Shown: in pieces, positions 40,125-50,102 of the stretch | Numbering within the stretch: the stretch's first letter is position 1 | How the letters are laid out: each line of letters opens with the position of its first letter | Origin: an uncultured Fidelibacterota bacterium | GTDB taxonomy: Bacteria; Fidelibacterota; Marinisomatia; Marinisomatales; UBA1611 | Assembly (NCBI GenBank): GCA_913043235.1 | Contig: CAJWLO010000002.1 | Coordinates: forward strand, 11,055-75,054 | Direction of reading: 5' to 3' | DNA: 64,000 bases | Made by a program: the position numbers and the translations under genes | Notes under the pieces: generated by a model | What the model saw: only the letters and a program-made list of their open reading frames with translations | Told to the model about the DNA's origin: nothing | The model's database searches: none

Positions 40125-41321
40125 ATGCCTCGAAAATTAATTTTTGCAGTTGTACTTTTCTTTACCCTATTTAGGCCCATCTCGGCCTGCTGGATATGGG
40201 CGGTTTCTGCAAAATCAGAACTGACTTTATCTGAATTAGATCAATATGATAAAAATCTAATATATAGCGAGTTAGAAGGATTAGTTCAACAATCACAATA
40301 TGCAAATGATGGTTGGGCACTTCTGGGATATAACTTGGGACAATCCGATCCACTTGGTCTTCTGCAGCGATCGGAAATACCAGCCTATATGGATTCAGTG
40401 AATTTCTGGATCACGGTAGATTCCTTGTTGGAAGGTAACGCACGGAAATTGGGTCTGGGGCATGTACGAGCCGCCTCTTCTGGTGCGAGTAATATTCCTA
40501 ATCCCCATCCCTGGCTCTTCACTGGGAATCTAACCTATTCACTGGTTCACGGTGGTACAGTAAATAAAAATATGCTTTATAACCTGATTACGGATAGTGG
40601 CAATGACCTTTCATGGCTAACAACTCATCCTCCTCAGACCTTTGGGGTTGACACATGGCAGGATTCCACCGGCTGGGCTAATGTTGTGGATTCGGAACTG
40701 ATCCTGCTCTTTATTATGCAGCAAATAGAATTTCAAGGTACGATCCTACTGGGACTGGAAACGGCTTTTTCTTTATTACTTTCTGCCGGGGTTTCCCCTG
40801 GGCAATTGAACATCGTTTTTTCTGATGGGCAGAATCTTTTCGTTTTTGGTGGAACTAGAGGTCTTTCAATTACCGAAACCGAATCTCACATTGCGGTTAT
40901 GACCACTCCTCCTGTGGAAGGAGATGCTTCCAACTTAATTTGGTCAGGACTGGGAAATGGAGAATTATTGGTTATTGGTAGCGATGGTATAAGTAGATAC
41001 CCTGATTTTGCCGGTATCACTGTACAAGACCCGCCCGATTCCATTATTCCCACAGGAGCTTGGTTGCTTCCGGCATATCCGAATCCTTTTAATGGGGCTG
41101 TTACCATCCGTTTTAATCTTAATCATGCCCAAAACCCAAAGTTGACAATTTATGATCTCTTGGGGGAAACGGTCTTTAGAACCGAGATACCTTCATGGAG
41201 CAAGGCAGTAGGTTCTTTTGTCTGGACTCCTATTGGACAATCGTTGTCCTCGGGAACCTATCTTGTCCACATACAGGCTGATAATGGGTACGATTCCCAG
41301 AAGATTCTCTTTATAAAATAA
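40125..41321 (+). CDS. Secreted class II glutamine-amidotransferase-like (Ntn hydrolase) protein with T9SS-type C-terminal domain
   Basis: Signal peptide then Cys; 'DGWA', 'GHVRAAS', 'NPHPW', 'VDSE'; CTD 'YPNPFN...SGTYLV...KILFIK'. Confidence 0.8.
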   Translation: MPRKLIFAVVLFFTLFRPISACWIWAVSAKSELTLSELDQYDKNLIYSELEGLVQQSQYANDGWALLGYNLGQSDPLGLLQRSEIPAYMDSVNFWITVDSLLEGNARKLGLGHVRAASSGASNIPNPHPWLFTGNLTYSLVHGGTVNKNMLYNLITDSGNDLSWLTTHPPQTFGVDTWQDSTGWANVVDSELILLFIMQQIEFQGTILLGLETAFSLLLSAGVSPGQLNIVFSDGQNLFVFGGTRGLSITETESHIAVMTTPPVEGDASNLIWSGLGNGELLVIGSDGISRYPDFAGITVQDPPDSIIPTGAWLLPAYPNPFNGAVTIRFNLNHAQNPKLTIYDLLGETVFRTEIPSWSKAVGSFVWTPIGQSLSSGTYLVHIQADNGYDSQKILFIK

Positions 41322-41397
41322 AAGATATTTTATAAATTAATCGTTTTTAAACCATAGCTATATTATCATTTGCACCACTTTTACGAGGGAACATATC

Positions 41398-42339
41398 TTG
41401 GCCAAAACAAAAACTAAGCAATCTCAGGACCTGAAAACTGACACAAAAAAGACCGTATCGCAAAAGGGAGAGAAACCAAAACAGCCGGAAAAGAAAAAGA
41501 AAGTTAGTAAGGTTAACAGTGGAAGTATAAGTATGTATCTGGCGGAGATCGGCAAATTTGAGCCTCTGCCACCGCAACGGGAGGTGGAACTGGCCATACG
41601 TATTCAAGATGGGGATGAACTAGCCATGAAGGAATTGGTGGAAGCTAACCTGCGGTTTGTAGTATCGGTGGCTAAAAAATATCAGGGCAACGGCTTGTCT
41701 CTGGCGGATATAATCAATGAAGGCAATATGGGACTCATTAAAGCGGCGAAGCGCTTTGACCATACCCGGGGTTTTAAATTTATTTCTTATGCTGTTTGGT
41801 GGATTCGCCAATCGATCCTTCAAGCGCTAGCAGAACAGTCCCGTTTGATTCGTCTGCCTTTGAACCGAGTAGGTACCATCACCAAGATTACCCGGGCGGC
41901 AGAAAAACTTGAAGCTGAGGTGGAACGTCAGCCTAAGGGAAATGAAATTGGATCTCAGCTGGAAATGAGTGGGGATGAAGTACTCATGGCCATGCAATAT
42001 TCACGACGCCATAGCTCCTTGAATTCCCCTTTCCAGGAGGGGGAGAATAGCAGCCTGTTGGACATAATCGAAGATTCCGAATCCGATGAACCGGAAGCCC
42101 AGATCATGATGGAGTCCATGTCTGAAGAAGTGGCATCTGCCCTAGAAACTCTCTCCGATCGGGAACGTACCGTTTTGGAAATGTATTTTGGTATTGATCG
42201 AGATAGTGCCATGACCCTAAATGAGATTGGTGAGGAATTTGACTTAACCCGGGAAAGGGTCCGTCAGATTAAGGAAAAAGCCATCCAACGTCTTCGGCAC
42301 CGTTCCCGCGCCAAGAGCTTGAGAAGGTATTTAGGGTAA
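41398..42339 (+). CDS. RNA polymerase sigma-70 factor, RpoD/SigA family without region 1.1
   Basis: TTG start with RBS gaggga; 'ANLRFVVSVAKKY', 'KFISYAVWWIRQSI', 'TRERVRQIKEKA'. Confidence 0.95.
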   Translation: MAKTKTKQSQDLKTDTKKTVSQKGEKPKQPEKKKKVSKVNSGSISMYLAEIGKFEPLPPQREVELAIRIQDGDELAMKELVEANLRFVVSVAKKYQGNGLSLADIINEGNMGLIKAAKRFDHTRGFKFISYAVWWIRQSILQALAEQSRLIRLPLNRVGTITKITRAAEKLEAEVERQPKGNEIGSQLEMSGDEVLMAMQYSRRHSSLNSPFQEGENSSLLDIIEDSESDEPEAQIMMESMSEEVASALETLSDRERTVLEMYFGIDRDSAMTLNEIGEEFDLTRERVRQIKEKAIQRLRHRSRAKSLRRYLG

Positions 42340-42356
42340 ACAACATTGTTTTTTTT

Positions 42357-42380
42357 AAGGGGTCGTAAGACCCCTTTTTT
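42357..42380 (+). terminator. Rho-independent terminator
   Basis: aaggggtc-gtaa-gacccctt followed by a T-run. Confidence 0.85.
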
Positions 42381-42726
42381 ATTTTCCATCCTTCATCAGT
42401 GAGTTTTCCTGTGAGACAATAAAAGTTGATACGTATATAGATCGAGAACCGGTTCTATGAGTTTCTGATTCTGAAAGCATAGGAATAGTCTATTCTGAAA
42501 CTTCCCTAAGTCATTAATCGAATGAAAACCATGAAAACCTGCAATTAACACTTTTCATATATCTTGGGGAACTGGGTACTATAAAGAGGTTAAGGGCACA
42601 AACATTTGTTTCTAGGTAGGTGCGTACCCGGAACTAAAACCTAGGCCTTGCAATCCAGTAGTTGCCTTTAATTATTAATTTATATCTTTGGTTCAGGTAA
42701 TCCTATGTCTCGGGATTGATTCTGGA

Positions 42727-44034
42727 TCAAGGTCGATAAAAGGTAAGGCAATAATGGTGGAAGGTATTACTGACCCAGGTATAGCGGTAACCGTAAGGTG
42801 CTATGCGCAGGTCATCTTGGCACCAAATGCCCAGATGGACCATTCTCATGCCTGAAGTACTTAATTTTTCTCCCAGATCAAAGGCGAGCGGGTAGTGCTG
42901 CCCTTTTTTCTTTACATTTTTCACCACGATCGTTAGGAAACCGCTACTTTTTAATAGGCTGGCTGTCTGATGATAAATTTTAGATAGCAGGTTGAGAAAC
43001 GTATCATAGTCATTCTCATTGCCAAGGTCATGCTTATTATCTGAATAGCTAGTTTTCAATCCTTTTAGACGGCGAGCAGTCTGAATTTCGGCACCTTTCA
43101 TATTGAGCATATCCCAGTAAGGTGGGGAGGTAATGACATAATCCATCGTAGGAAATTTCATGGTTTCAATATTCAGGGCATCTCCTTGAATTAGTTTGAA
43201 CTTTCCATCCGGACCCGCATTCTCTCGGCATCGATCTTGGGCAATTCGGTGAAATAGAGGACTTAATTCTACACCATAAGTCATTCGTTTCAGCTTTAGG
43301 GCAGCCACTTGGGTGCTTCCTGTACCGCTCATGGGATCAAAAACAGAATCTCCTTCGCTTGAAAAATGCTCTAGGTACATTCGGACCAGTTCTTCCGGAT
43401 ACTTAGCTGGATGCAGGATCACATCTTTGCTACGGGGTCTGGGTTTAATGATGAACCATCCCGGAACGCTATGATTTTCCCATTGGCGCAGTTCGCCAGT
43501 TTCTATTCGCGGTTCTTTCATTTTTGACTGTTCGTCCCGGCGGAAATAGAGAGCAGTCCAAGTTGTTCCGTTGGCCAAGCAGATGATTTTTTCATCTTTC
43601 CGGGTTAAAAAACCAGAGAGTGCGTTGGAAATAGACCATGCTAAGGGCAGGTAGGCATGATTGAGTAAACTGTTTGAAACGAGAACCCATAGGAATTTTC
43701 GATGTCCAAGTCTAGTGCCGTAGCTGCTGATCCAGTCCATGCATGCCTTTATTGATTCTATTTCCGATTCTATCCAAGTAAGGTCACAAGCTAGAAAACT
43801 TAATTCCTGATCATCAGCATTGTAGCGTATCTTCAGATTTTTTGCACAGGATTTCGAGATATCCATAAATTCGGCATTGCCCCAGGATGCCACCGCTGGT
43901 CCCGGATTACTGGAAGGTTTGGTAAAAAAACTAAAATTGGATCGTACCAGGGCTTCCATGGTTTCAAACCGGGTGAAGGATTTCTGAAACGGAAGCCATT
44001 CTTTGGAGCTTAGATCGTTAAAGCGATTATCCAT
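42727..44034 (-). CDS. Orphan amino-DNA methyltransferase (N4-C/N6-A type)
   Basis: 'HPAKYP', motif I 'FDPMSGTGST', motif IV 'TSPPY'; probable start at MDNRFNDL (44034). Confidence 0.85.
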   Translation of the reverse strand: MDNRFNDLSSKEWLPFQKSFTRFETMEALVRSNFSFFTKPSSNPGPAVASWGNAEFMDISKSCAKNLKIRYNADDQELSFLACDLTWIESEIESIKACMDWISSYGTRLGHRKFLWVLVSNSLLNHAYLPLAWSISNALSGFLTRKDEKIICLANGTTWTALYFRRDEQSKMKEPRIETGELRQWENHSVPGWFIIKPRPRSKDVILHPAKYPEELVRMYLEHFSSEGDSVFDPMSGTGSTQVAALKLKRMTYGVELSPLFHRIAQDRCRENAGPDGKFKLIQGDALNIETMKFPTMDYVITSPPYWDMLNMKGAEIQTARRLKGLKTSYSDNKHDLGNENDYDTFLNLLSKIYHQTASLLKSSGFLTIVVKNVKKKGQHYPLAFDLGEKLSTSGMRMVHLGIWCQDDLRIAPYGYRYTWVSNTFHHYCLTFYRP

Positions 44035-44182
44035 GCTCACAGAGTTTAGCTGAGATTCATATAAGTGTGTATGAAAAATCAGATCCAAGGATAATTAATT
44101 TCCTGTTTCCTGCGGTTTCACAATCTGTAAATTGATACTGATATTTGGTGTAAATGTATTATGTTCTAATTAAGGAGAAATT

Positions 44183-47100
44183 ATGACCAGGAAACCTCTG
44201 TTCTGGACCATTTTTTCGCTATTATTCATTGGCTCTCTCTACTTTTTTGTCCGTAACTATGATAAGGCGTTTCCTGTCCTCTCCCTAGATATCCGTATGA
44301 GCCGGGAAATGGCTCTAGATGCCGCTGCAGACTTAGGAGAAAAGTACAACTGGCAGCCCAACGAATACCGTACAGCAGTAACCTTCTACTCAGAAAGGAA
44401 TATACAGACTTTTGTGGAGTTGGAAGGTGGCGGACTAGAAACATTCAAGTCATTATCCGATGATAGTGTCTATTTCCCTTATGGTTGGCAAGTGCGACAT
44501 TTCCAAGAGAATAATCCCAATGAAACAAGTGTATGGTTTACCCCTGCGGGGAGTCCATATAGTTTCAGACAGAAACTTGGGGAAGATGAACCGGGTTCAT
44601 CACTAAGTCGGGATTCTGCTTTTGCTATTGCCCAGGCCGGTCTGCGGGAAGAATGGGCTGTGGATCTGGATACTTATGAACTGGTAGATGAAGCAGAGAA
44701 AACCCAGCCCAGCGGGAGGGTTGATCATACCTTTACTTATCAGCGTTCTGGATTTGAACTTGGGGAAAATGGTTTTGTGCGTCTCCGGCTCAAAGTTAGT
44801 GGAGATGCTCTTACTGAGCTAATGCATTATGTACAGATTCCTGAAGCTTTCCAACGGCGATTTGATGAAATGCGTTCCGCTAATGATACCATCGCTTTTA
44901 CTGCTTCCATGGGAATGGCTTTCCTGTACGGCCTTGGAGGTATTGTATTTGGTATTTTTTTTCTGTTGCGCCAGCGTCGTGTGCTATGGAAAAGTGCCTT
45001 GCTCTGGGGGATTATTATTGCTCTGATCCAGACATTATCTGAGATCAATTTTCTTCCCTTAATGTGGATGAATTATGATACATCTATTACGGCACAAAGT
45101 TTTATCGTGCAGGTTGCTATCAGCGCTCTGGCAAATTTTTTGCTTATGGCTACCCTTTATACGCTTTCATTTATTGCAGCGGAAAGTTTGACCCGGAAAG
45201 CATTTCCAAACCGCATCCAGTTCTGGAAGTTGTGGTCCCCGGAAGTAGGCAATTCTCTATCTGTACTTGGCCGTACCGTAGGTGGCTACCTCACTGCCGG
45301 TCTATTTTTATTTTACAGTCTGGTATTTTATATGTTTACCCATGATGCCTTGGGTTGGTGGTCTCCTGCAGATACTGATTATGATCCCAATATTTTGGCG
45401 GCATATTTCCCTTGGCTTACTTCTATAGCTATCTCCTTAGGTGCAGGTTTTTGGGAAGAATGCCTGTTTCGTGCGGTACCCCTTGCAAGCGCTGCGTTGC
45501 TTGGTGATCGCTATGGAAAACGGAATTTATTTATCGGGATTGCCATGGTTATTCAGGCACTTATTTTTGGTGCCGGTCATGCCAATTATCCTGTGCAGCC
45601 TGCTTATGCTCGGGTGGTGGAGTTGATTATCCCTTCCCTGGTATTCGGTTTTATCTATCTACGTTTTGGCTTGCTGGCAGGCATTGTAATGCATTATGCC
45701 GTTGACGTGGCTTTCATTTCGATGCCACTTTTTGTGGCCCAGGTTCCGGGAATATGGGTTCATCGTTTAGCGGTCATTGTACTACTGCTGGTCCCACTAT
45801 GGGTCATATTATACCATCGATTTCAGGCTGGTAGTTGGGCAGGACAACTTGGTCATTTCTACAACCGAGATTGGCAGGTACCTGCTGCCCCGGTGAACGA
45901 TAAAGAACCTGTTCCCATTGCAGGTCAGTCACCGGTGCAGAAATCCAAGCATGCTTCAAACAGAGTATTGTCATTTCTTGCCGGGATGGGTTTGCTGCTG
46001 TGGTTATCCCAGATAACTTTTGATGCAGATCTTCCCGCAATGGAAATTTCCAGGGCAGATGCAGAGGGAACTGCAACTCGAGCTCTATCCGATTGGGGAT
46101 TCATTCCGGATACTTCTTGGACCTTAGATAGTCAGCCGATTGCTCGGGATAGACAAGATTACCGCTTTATTTGGCAAAGTGCAGGACCAGACATATTTAC
46201 CGGAATGATGGGTACATATCTTGTAGGACCCACTTGGGTGGTTCGCTACCGGCTGTTTGAGGGTGATGTAGCGTCCAGGGCTGAAGAATATATTTGCTGG
46301 CTTAGCCCCCGCGGTGAGCGAACCCGGATTATTCATCGCCTTCCGGAAGAGACTCCAGGTGCTACCCTTTCCGAAGATGAAGCGCGTAGTGAAGCCCTAA
46401 ATTTCCTGAATAAAACATATGCTGTAGTAATCGACCGTTTAGTAGAATTAGAGGCTAGGTCGGAGAAGAAACCAAACCGCTTAGATTGGGAGTTCCTGTA
46501 TCAGGATACTTCTATAATTGATTTGGATCAGGGAGAACTGAGGTTGCTGGTTAAACTGGCCGGTGAAGACATAGTGGATTTCCAGCGTATGATTCATGTT
46601 CCGGAGGAATGGTCTCGTGCTGAAAATGAAAAAAATGCTAATAAAGCTCCCTTTAATTTTATGGTGATACTCGTAATAGTGTTATCATTACTAGCGGCAG
46701 TTGTGTCAGGTCTGATCCGCTGGAGCAGGAAGAAGTTCCAGTTGATTCTATTTGTCAAAAGTCTGTTGATTCTTGTAGCGATAGGATTGATGGATGCCTG
46801 GAATGGCTGGCCCAATATGCTATGGGGGTTCTCCACGGCAGAACCATTTAACGACCAGCTATATCAGGGGCTATTTAGTGCGGGCCTGGGTATTGTATTT
46901 TTGAGCCTCTTCCAAGCACTATTAATAGGATCTACACACAGTTTAGCCCATACTCAGGTTGATGATCAACCAGATTCTAGCCCCAAGAAAGGACTTTATA
47001 CTGGATTGTTTCTGGCGGGTCTATTGGCTATATCTGGGACATTTTTCCCGTCCTTGGGGCCTAAGATTGGATCTTGGAGTGCATTCAAGGAACAAGTTCC

Positions 47101-47545
47101 TATCCTGGGTATAGTGCTCCAACATCTAGCCAGTTTTATTCTATTGACTCTGATTGGTTTGGTGGTGGTAACTGGTATAAGTACACTAACACGAAACTGG
47201 AGCATTAGGATACCATATGCCATTGTTTACCTATTTCTATTGGGGCTGGTTATGGTGACAGGTATTGATAGTTCCTTGGAGTCTATGCCCTTGTGGTTGG
47301 TTTGGGGTATGTTCCTTGGTGTGATTTTGGTATTTTTATACAAGGATCTGTTACGCTTTCATCCGGCAGTTATTCCGATTCTAACGGCAACATTGACAGT
47401 TTTAGATGCATTAGAAAATGGAGTATTGAATCTGCATCCCGGTACCTTGGCAGGAACGGTGTTTGCTTGTATAATTGTATATGCCATTGCCTATGGTTGG
47501 TACCAGGAATTGCTAAAGGGACCTGAAGGAAAAAAGACTGCATAA
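44183..47545 (+). CDS. Large CPBP (Abi/CAAX)-family intramembrane metalloprotease with an internal duplication
   Basis: RBS aaggag; 'EECLFR', 'FGAGH', 'HYAVD' CPBP motifs; many TM helices. Confidence 0.85.
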   Translation: MTRKPLFWTIFSLLFIGSLYFFVRNYDKAFPVLSLDIRMSREMALDAAADLGEKYNWQPNEYRTAVTFYSERNIQTFVELEGGGLETFKSLSDDSVYFPYGWQVRHFQENNPNETSVWFTPAGSPYSFRQKLGEDEPGSSLSRDSAFAIAQAGLREEWAVDLDTYELVDEAEKTQPSGRVDHTFTYQRSGFELGENGFVRLRLKVSGDALTELMHYVQIPEAFQRRFDEMRSANDTIAFTASMGMAFLYGLGGIVFGIFFLLRQRRVLWKSALLWGIIIALIQTLSEINFLPLMWMNYDTSITAQSFIVQVAISALANFLLMATLYTLSFIAAESLTRKAFPNRIQFWKLWSPEVGNSLSVLGRTVGGYLTAGLFLFYSLVFYMFTHDALGWWSPADTDYDPNILAAYFPWLTSIAISLGAGFWEECLFRAVPLASAALLGDRYGKRNLFIGIAMVIQALIFGAGHANYPVQPAYARVVELIIPSLVFGFIYLRFGLLAGIVMHYAVDVAFISMPLFVAQVPGIWVHRLAVIVLLLVPLWVILYHRFQAGSWAGQLGHFYNRDWQVPAAPVNDKEPVPIAGQSPVQKSKHASNRVLSFLAGMGLLLWLSQITFDADLPAMEISRADAEGTATRALSDWGFIPDTSWTLDSQPIARDRQDYRFIWQSAGPDIFTGMMGTYLVGPTWVVRYRLFEGDVASRAEEYICWLSPRGERTRIIHRLPEETPGATLSEDEARSEALNFLNKTYAVVIDRLVELEARSEKKPNRLDWEFLYQDTSIIDLDQGELRLLVKLAGEDIVDFQRMIHVPEEWSRAENEKNANKAPFNFMVILVIVLSLLAAVVSGLIRWSRKKFQLILFVKSLLILVAIGLMDAWNGWPNMLWGFSTAEPFNDQLYQGLFSAGLGIVFLSLFQALLIGSTHSLAHTQVDDQPDSSPKKGLYTGLFLAGLLAISGTFFPSLGPKIGSWSAFKEQVPILGIVLQHLASFILLTLIGLVVVTGISTLTRNWSIRIPYAIVYLFLLGLVMVTGIDSSLESMPLWLVWGMFLGVILVFLYKDLLRFHPAVIPILTATLTVLDALENGVLNLHPGTLAGTVFACIIVYAIAYGWYQELLKGPEGKKTA

Positions 47546-47669
47546 ATAATACTCATCATTACTAGCGTAATAAATCAATCTTGTTTTGTTAGTTTCATTC
47601 AAAATAGGTGTATTGCCGGGTTTGTTGTAATTATTTTCTTTTAGTAATGAAATGGGTGACTGAAATAAT

Positions 47670-48974
47670 ATGTATGTAAAAATATTTCGCAACCTATCTA
47701 TTTTAATACTGGCCGTATTATTACCGCTAAGTGCTCAATTACTTGACGCGGTTCTGGAATTACCCATCGAAACAGACCAAACTGTGACCCGTACCACTGA
47801 CGGCTTTATTGTTGCAGGGACAGTGACCTTGCCGGATTCTGCCCTAGAATTAAGCGGTGCTGTCCTTAGATTGGCATCAAATGGGATAGTAAATGTTTCC
47901 ATTACTGCTGGCTCTGATGAAAATAATGTAGACTTTCAAGAAGTACGTTTATTTCCGGAGCCTTATTCGAACCGCACTATTGCTGTTTCCCGTTATGACA
48001 CGCCATTCACTATAGATAAAATACATTTTACAGTTAAATCTTCTAGTAGAATCACCATCCTGTCTTTTGGCATTCTGGATGCAGAAGATAATGATATATA
48101 TCCAGAAATGGTGCCCGGTATCCTTCGCAGAGGACTTGCTGGTATTGAAAAACCAGTAGTTATTTCCCGGGATGAGTGGAATGCGAATCCGCCTAAGTAT
48201 AATTATACCCACCATCCTTACTTTAACAAACTGACTCTACATCATGCCGCTGGCTGGCAGGCTTGGACGATGGGAGAGGGCAAAAAACAGGTCAAGGCTA
48301 TCCAGGAGTTTCACCAGGATGGTAGAGGCTGGAATGATATTGGTTACCATTTTCTGGTGGATCTTTCGGGTAACATCTACCAAGGGCGTCCCGAGATTGT
48401 TATCGGTGCTCATGTCGGCGGAGCAAACACTGGTAACATCGGTGTCTGTATTTTGGGATGCTATCATCCTCCAGAAACTGGCTGGCCCTGTTATGATACT
48501 ATGACAAAGGAGACAGAAAATGCACTGACCTATCTTTATGCCTGGATCGCTGATACTTACGCGATAGCTCCCCAAGTGCTATTGGGTCATAGAGATTATT
48601 TTGGTACCACCGTCTGTCCCGGTGATAATGTCTGGCCATTACTGCCGGGTATGCGCGAAGATATTGAATTATTTATCGCCAGTGGCGGACCACCGGATGC
48701 TTTCCAACTGCTGCCAAATTATCCTAATCCTTTCAATGCCATGACGACTATCCCCTTTCGTACGACTGGTGGCCAGTCCGCACGGATTGTCATTACAGAT
48801 CTTTTAGGGAAGCAGATTGCTTCCCTAGAGAAAAATAATACTCTGAACGGCTATAATGAAGTACACTGGAATGGACGGGATCTTTCAGGGTTACAGGCGA
48901 CCACGGGGATATATTTATATGCATTGGAGACTGGAGGTGAAAGAAAGTCTGGAAAGATGGTTTACCTTAAGTAG
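47670..48974 (+). CDS. Secreted PGRP-type N-acetylmuramoyl-L-alanine amidase with T9SS/FlgD-type CTD
   Basis: 'ISRDEWNA', 'LHHAA', 'GWNDIGYHFLVD', 'GAH', 'GHRD', 'CPG'; CTD 'NYPNPFN'. Confidence 0.9.
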   Translation: MYVKIFRNLSILILAVLLPLSAQLLDAVLELPIETDQTVTRTTDGFIVAGTVTLPDSALELSGAVLRLASNGIVNVSITAGSDENNVDFQEVRLFPEPYSNRTIAVSRYDTPFTIDKIHFTVKSSSRITILSFGILDAEDNDIYPEMVPGILRRGLAGIEKPVVISRDEWNANPPKYNYTHHPYFNKLTLHHAAGWQAWTMGEGKKQVKAIQEFHQDGRGWNDIGYHFLVDLSGNIYQGRPEIVIGAHVGGANTGNIGVCILGCYHPPETGWPCYDTMTKETENALTYLYAWIADTYAIAPQVLLGHRDYFGTTVCPGDNVWPLLPGMREDIELFIASGGPPDAFQLLPNYPNPFNAMTTIPFRTTGGQSARIVITDLLGKQIASLEKNNTLNGYNEVHWNGRDLSGLQATTGIYLYALETGGERKSGKMVYLK

Positions 48975-48989
48975 AATTAGGCCTATTTA

Positions 48990-49310
48990 ATGAAACAATA
49001 CCATGTCTATGTAATTGAATTAGATTCTGTGGTGGCGGATAAACGAAAATTCCGTGCAAAAAATCCGAAGTATATCAAAGGGAACAGTTGCGTCTATGTT
49101 GGCCAGTCCGCAAGAAAACCAGCACTGAGGTTTGAACAGCATAAGGAAGGGTATAAAGCTAATAAATACGCAAAAATCTATGGTGTGAAACTGCGCCCTG
49201 ACCTTTTTGAAAAATACAATCCTATTCCCACCAGAAAAGATGCGGAAGAAATTGAAGCCATGCTGGGCCGGGAACTGCGCGAACGAGGTTTTGGCGTATG
49301 GTTCAATTAA
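48990..49310 (+). CDS. Small GIY-YIG-superfamily protein
   Basis: 'YHVYVIEL...VYVGQS...RFEQHKEG...AEEIE'. Confidence 0.7.
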   Translation: MKQYHVYVIELDSVVADKRKFRAKNPKYIKGNSCVYVGQSARKPALRFEQHKEGYKANKYAKIYGVKLRPDLFEKYNPIPTRKDAEEIEAMLGRELRERGFGVWFN

Positions 49311-49449
49311 TAAACTCAATCTCTGAGAGAAGGTTACTGTCATGATGATCCCGGGGTCGAATCCTGTAGCCTTGACCTAGCATACAGATAGTTTTTTGTT
49401 TTCAGGATCAGAAGTAGATTTGCAAAGATTTAAAGGAGATTATGTAACT

Positions 49450-49947
49450 GTGGAAAACTTAGTTCAATATTTGCTAGTTGAAGGAACCGTTTGGTTGCCT
49501 CGGATAATCGGCGTGGTGGCAATTCTGATCACTTTTTATGTTATTTCGAAAGTGTTAAAAAGAATCATTATTACAGCCGCTGGTCGATTAGAACTGGATC
49601 AAAACTTGATTGCTTTGTTTGCCAGGGCTAGCAGTGTCATGGTTATGATCTTCGGTTTTATCACCGCTTTGGGAACGGTAGGTGTAGATGTCTCTGCCTT
49701 AGTTGCAGGTCTGGGGCTTACAGGTTTCGCCCTTGGTTTTGCACTGAAAGATACCATATCCAACCTGCTCTCTGGCGTACTCATCCTGCTTTATCAGCCA
49801 TTTCAGGTTGGGGACCGCATTAAAATATCTAGCTTCGAAGGCCTTGTGATCTCTATTGATCTGCGCTATACAAAGCTCGAAGCTGAAAGCAGTACAGTAC
49901 TGGTTCCCAATGCAAAACTATTTACAGATCCCATTACAATCCTGTAG
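49450..49947 (+). CDS. Short MscS-family mechanosensitive channel
   Basis: GTG start downstream of aaggag; 'GLGLTGFALGFALKDTISN..SG...PFQVGD'. Confidence 0.85.
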   Translation: MENLVQYLLVEGTVWLPRIIGVVAILITFYVISKVLKRIIITAAGRLELDQNLIALFARASSVMVMIFGFITALGTVGVDVSALVAGLGLTGFALGFALKDTISNLLSGVLILLYQPFQVGDRIKISSFEGLVISIDLRYTKLEAESSTVLVPNAKLFTDPITIL

Positions 49948-50102
49948 GAACTGGAAAAGAAGACTGTGGGAGGTGGTGATTAGCTACCAACCGAGAATAA
50001 AGGACTCACTTCCGGATGAATGCGTTTGGTCAGCCGAAGGATTTTTTGTTGTTTTCTTTGCAGATACTAGATTTGACAATCATTAAAGTAGGAGAAATAA
50101 TC

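Noticed and set aside
42610-42670. c-di-GMP-I riboswitch-like words on the minus strand (GGCAA...GCAAGGCC)
   Set aside because: The P2 GAAA hairpin is missing and no gene lies downstream in that orientation.
48990-49310. GIY-YIG protein as restriction partner of the methyltransferase or as a mobile homing endonuclease
   Set aside because: It lies 5 kb from the methyltransferase, is a stand-alone 106-aa domain, and has no intron or intein context.
49335-49380. tRNA-like fragment ('ctgtcat...ggggtcgaatcc') inside an aaggttac/gtagcctt stem
   Set aside because: No D-arm or acceptor stem, and the T-loop is GTCGA rather than TTCGA; cannot be folded as a tRNA.
49442-49447. ATG-TAA start-stop minigene between the RBS and the mscS GTG
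   Set aside because: Only 3 nt from the SD; easily a chance occurrence.
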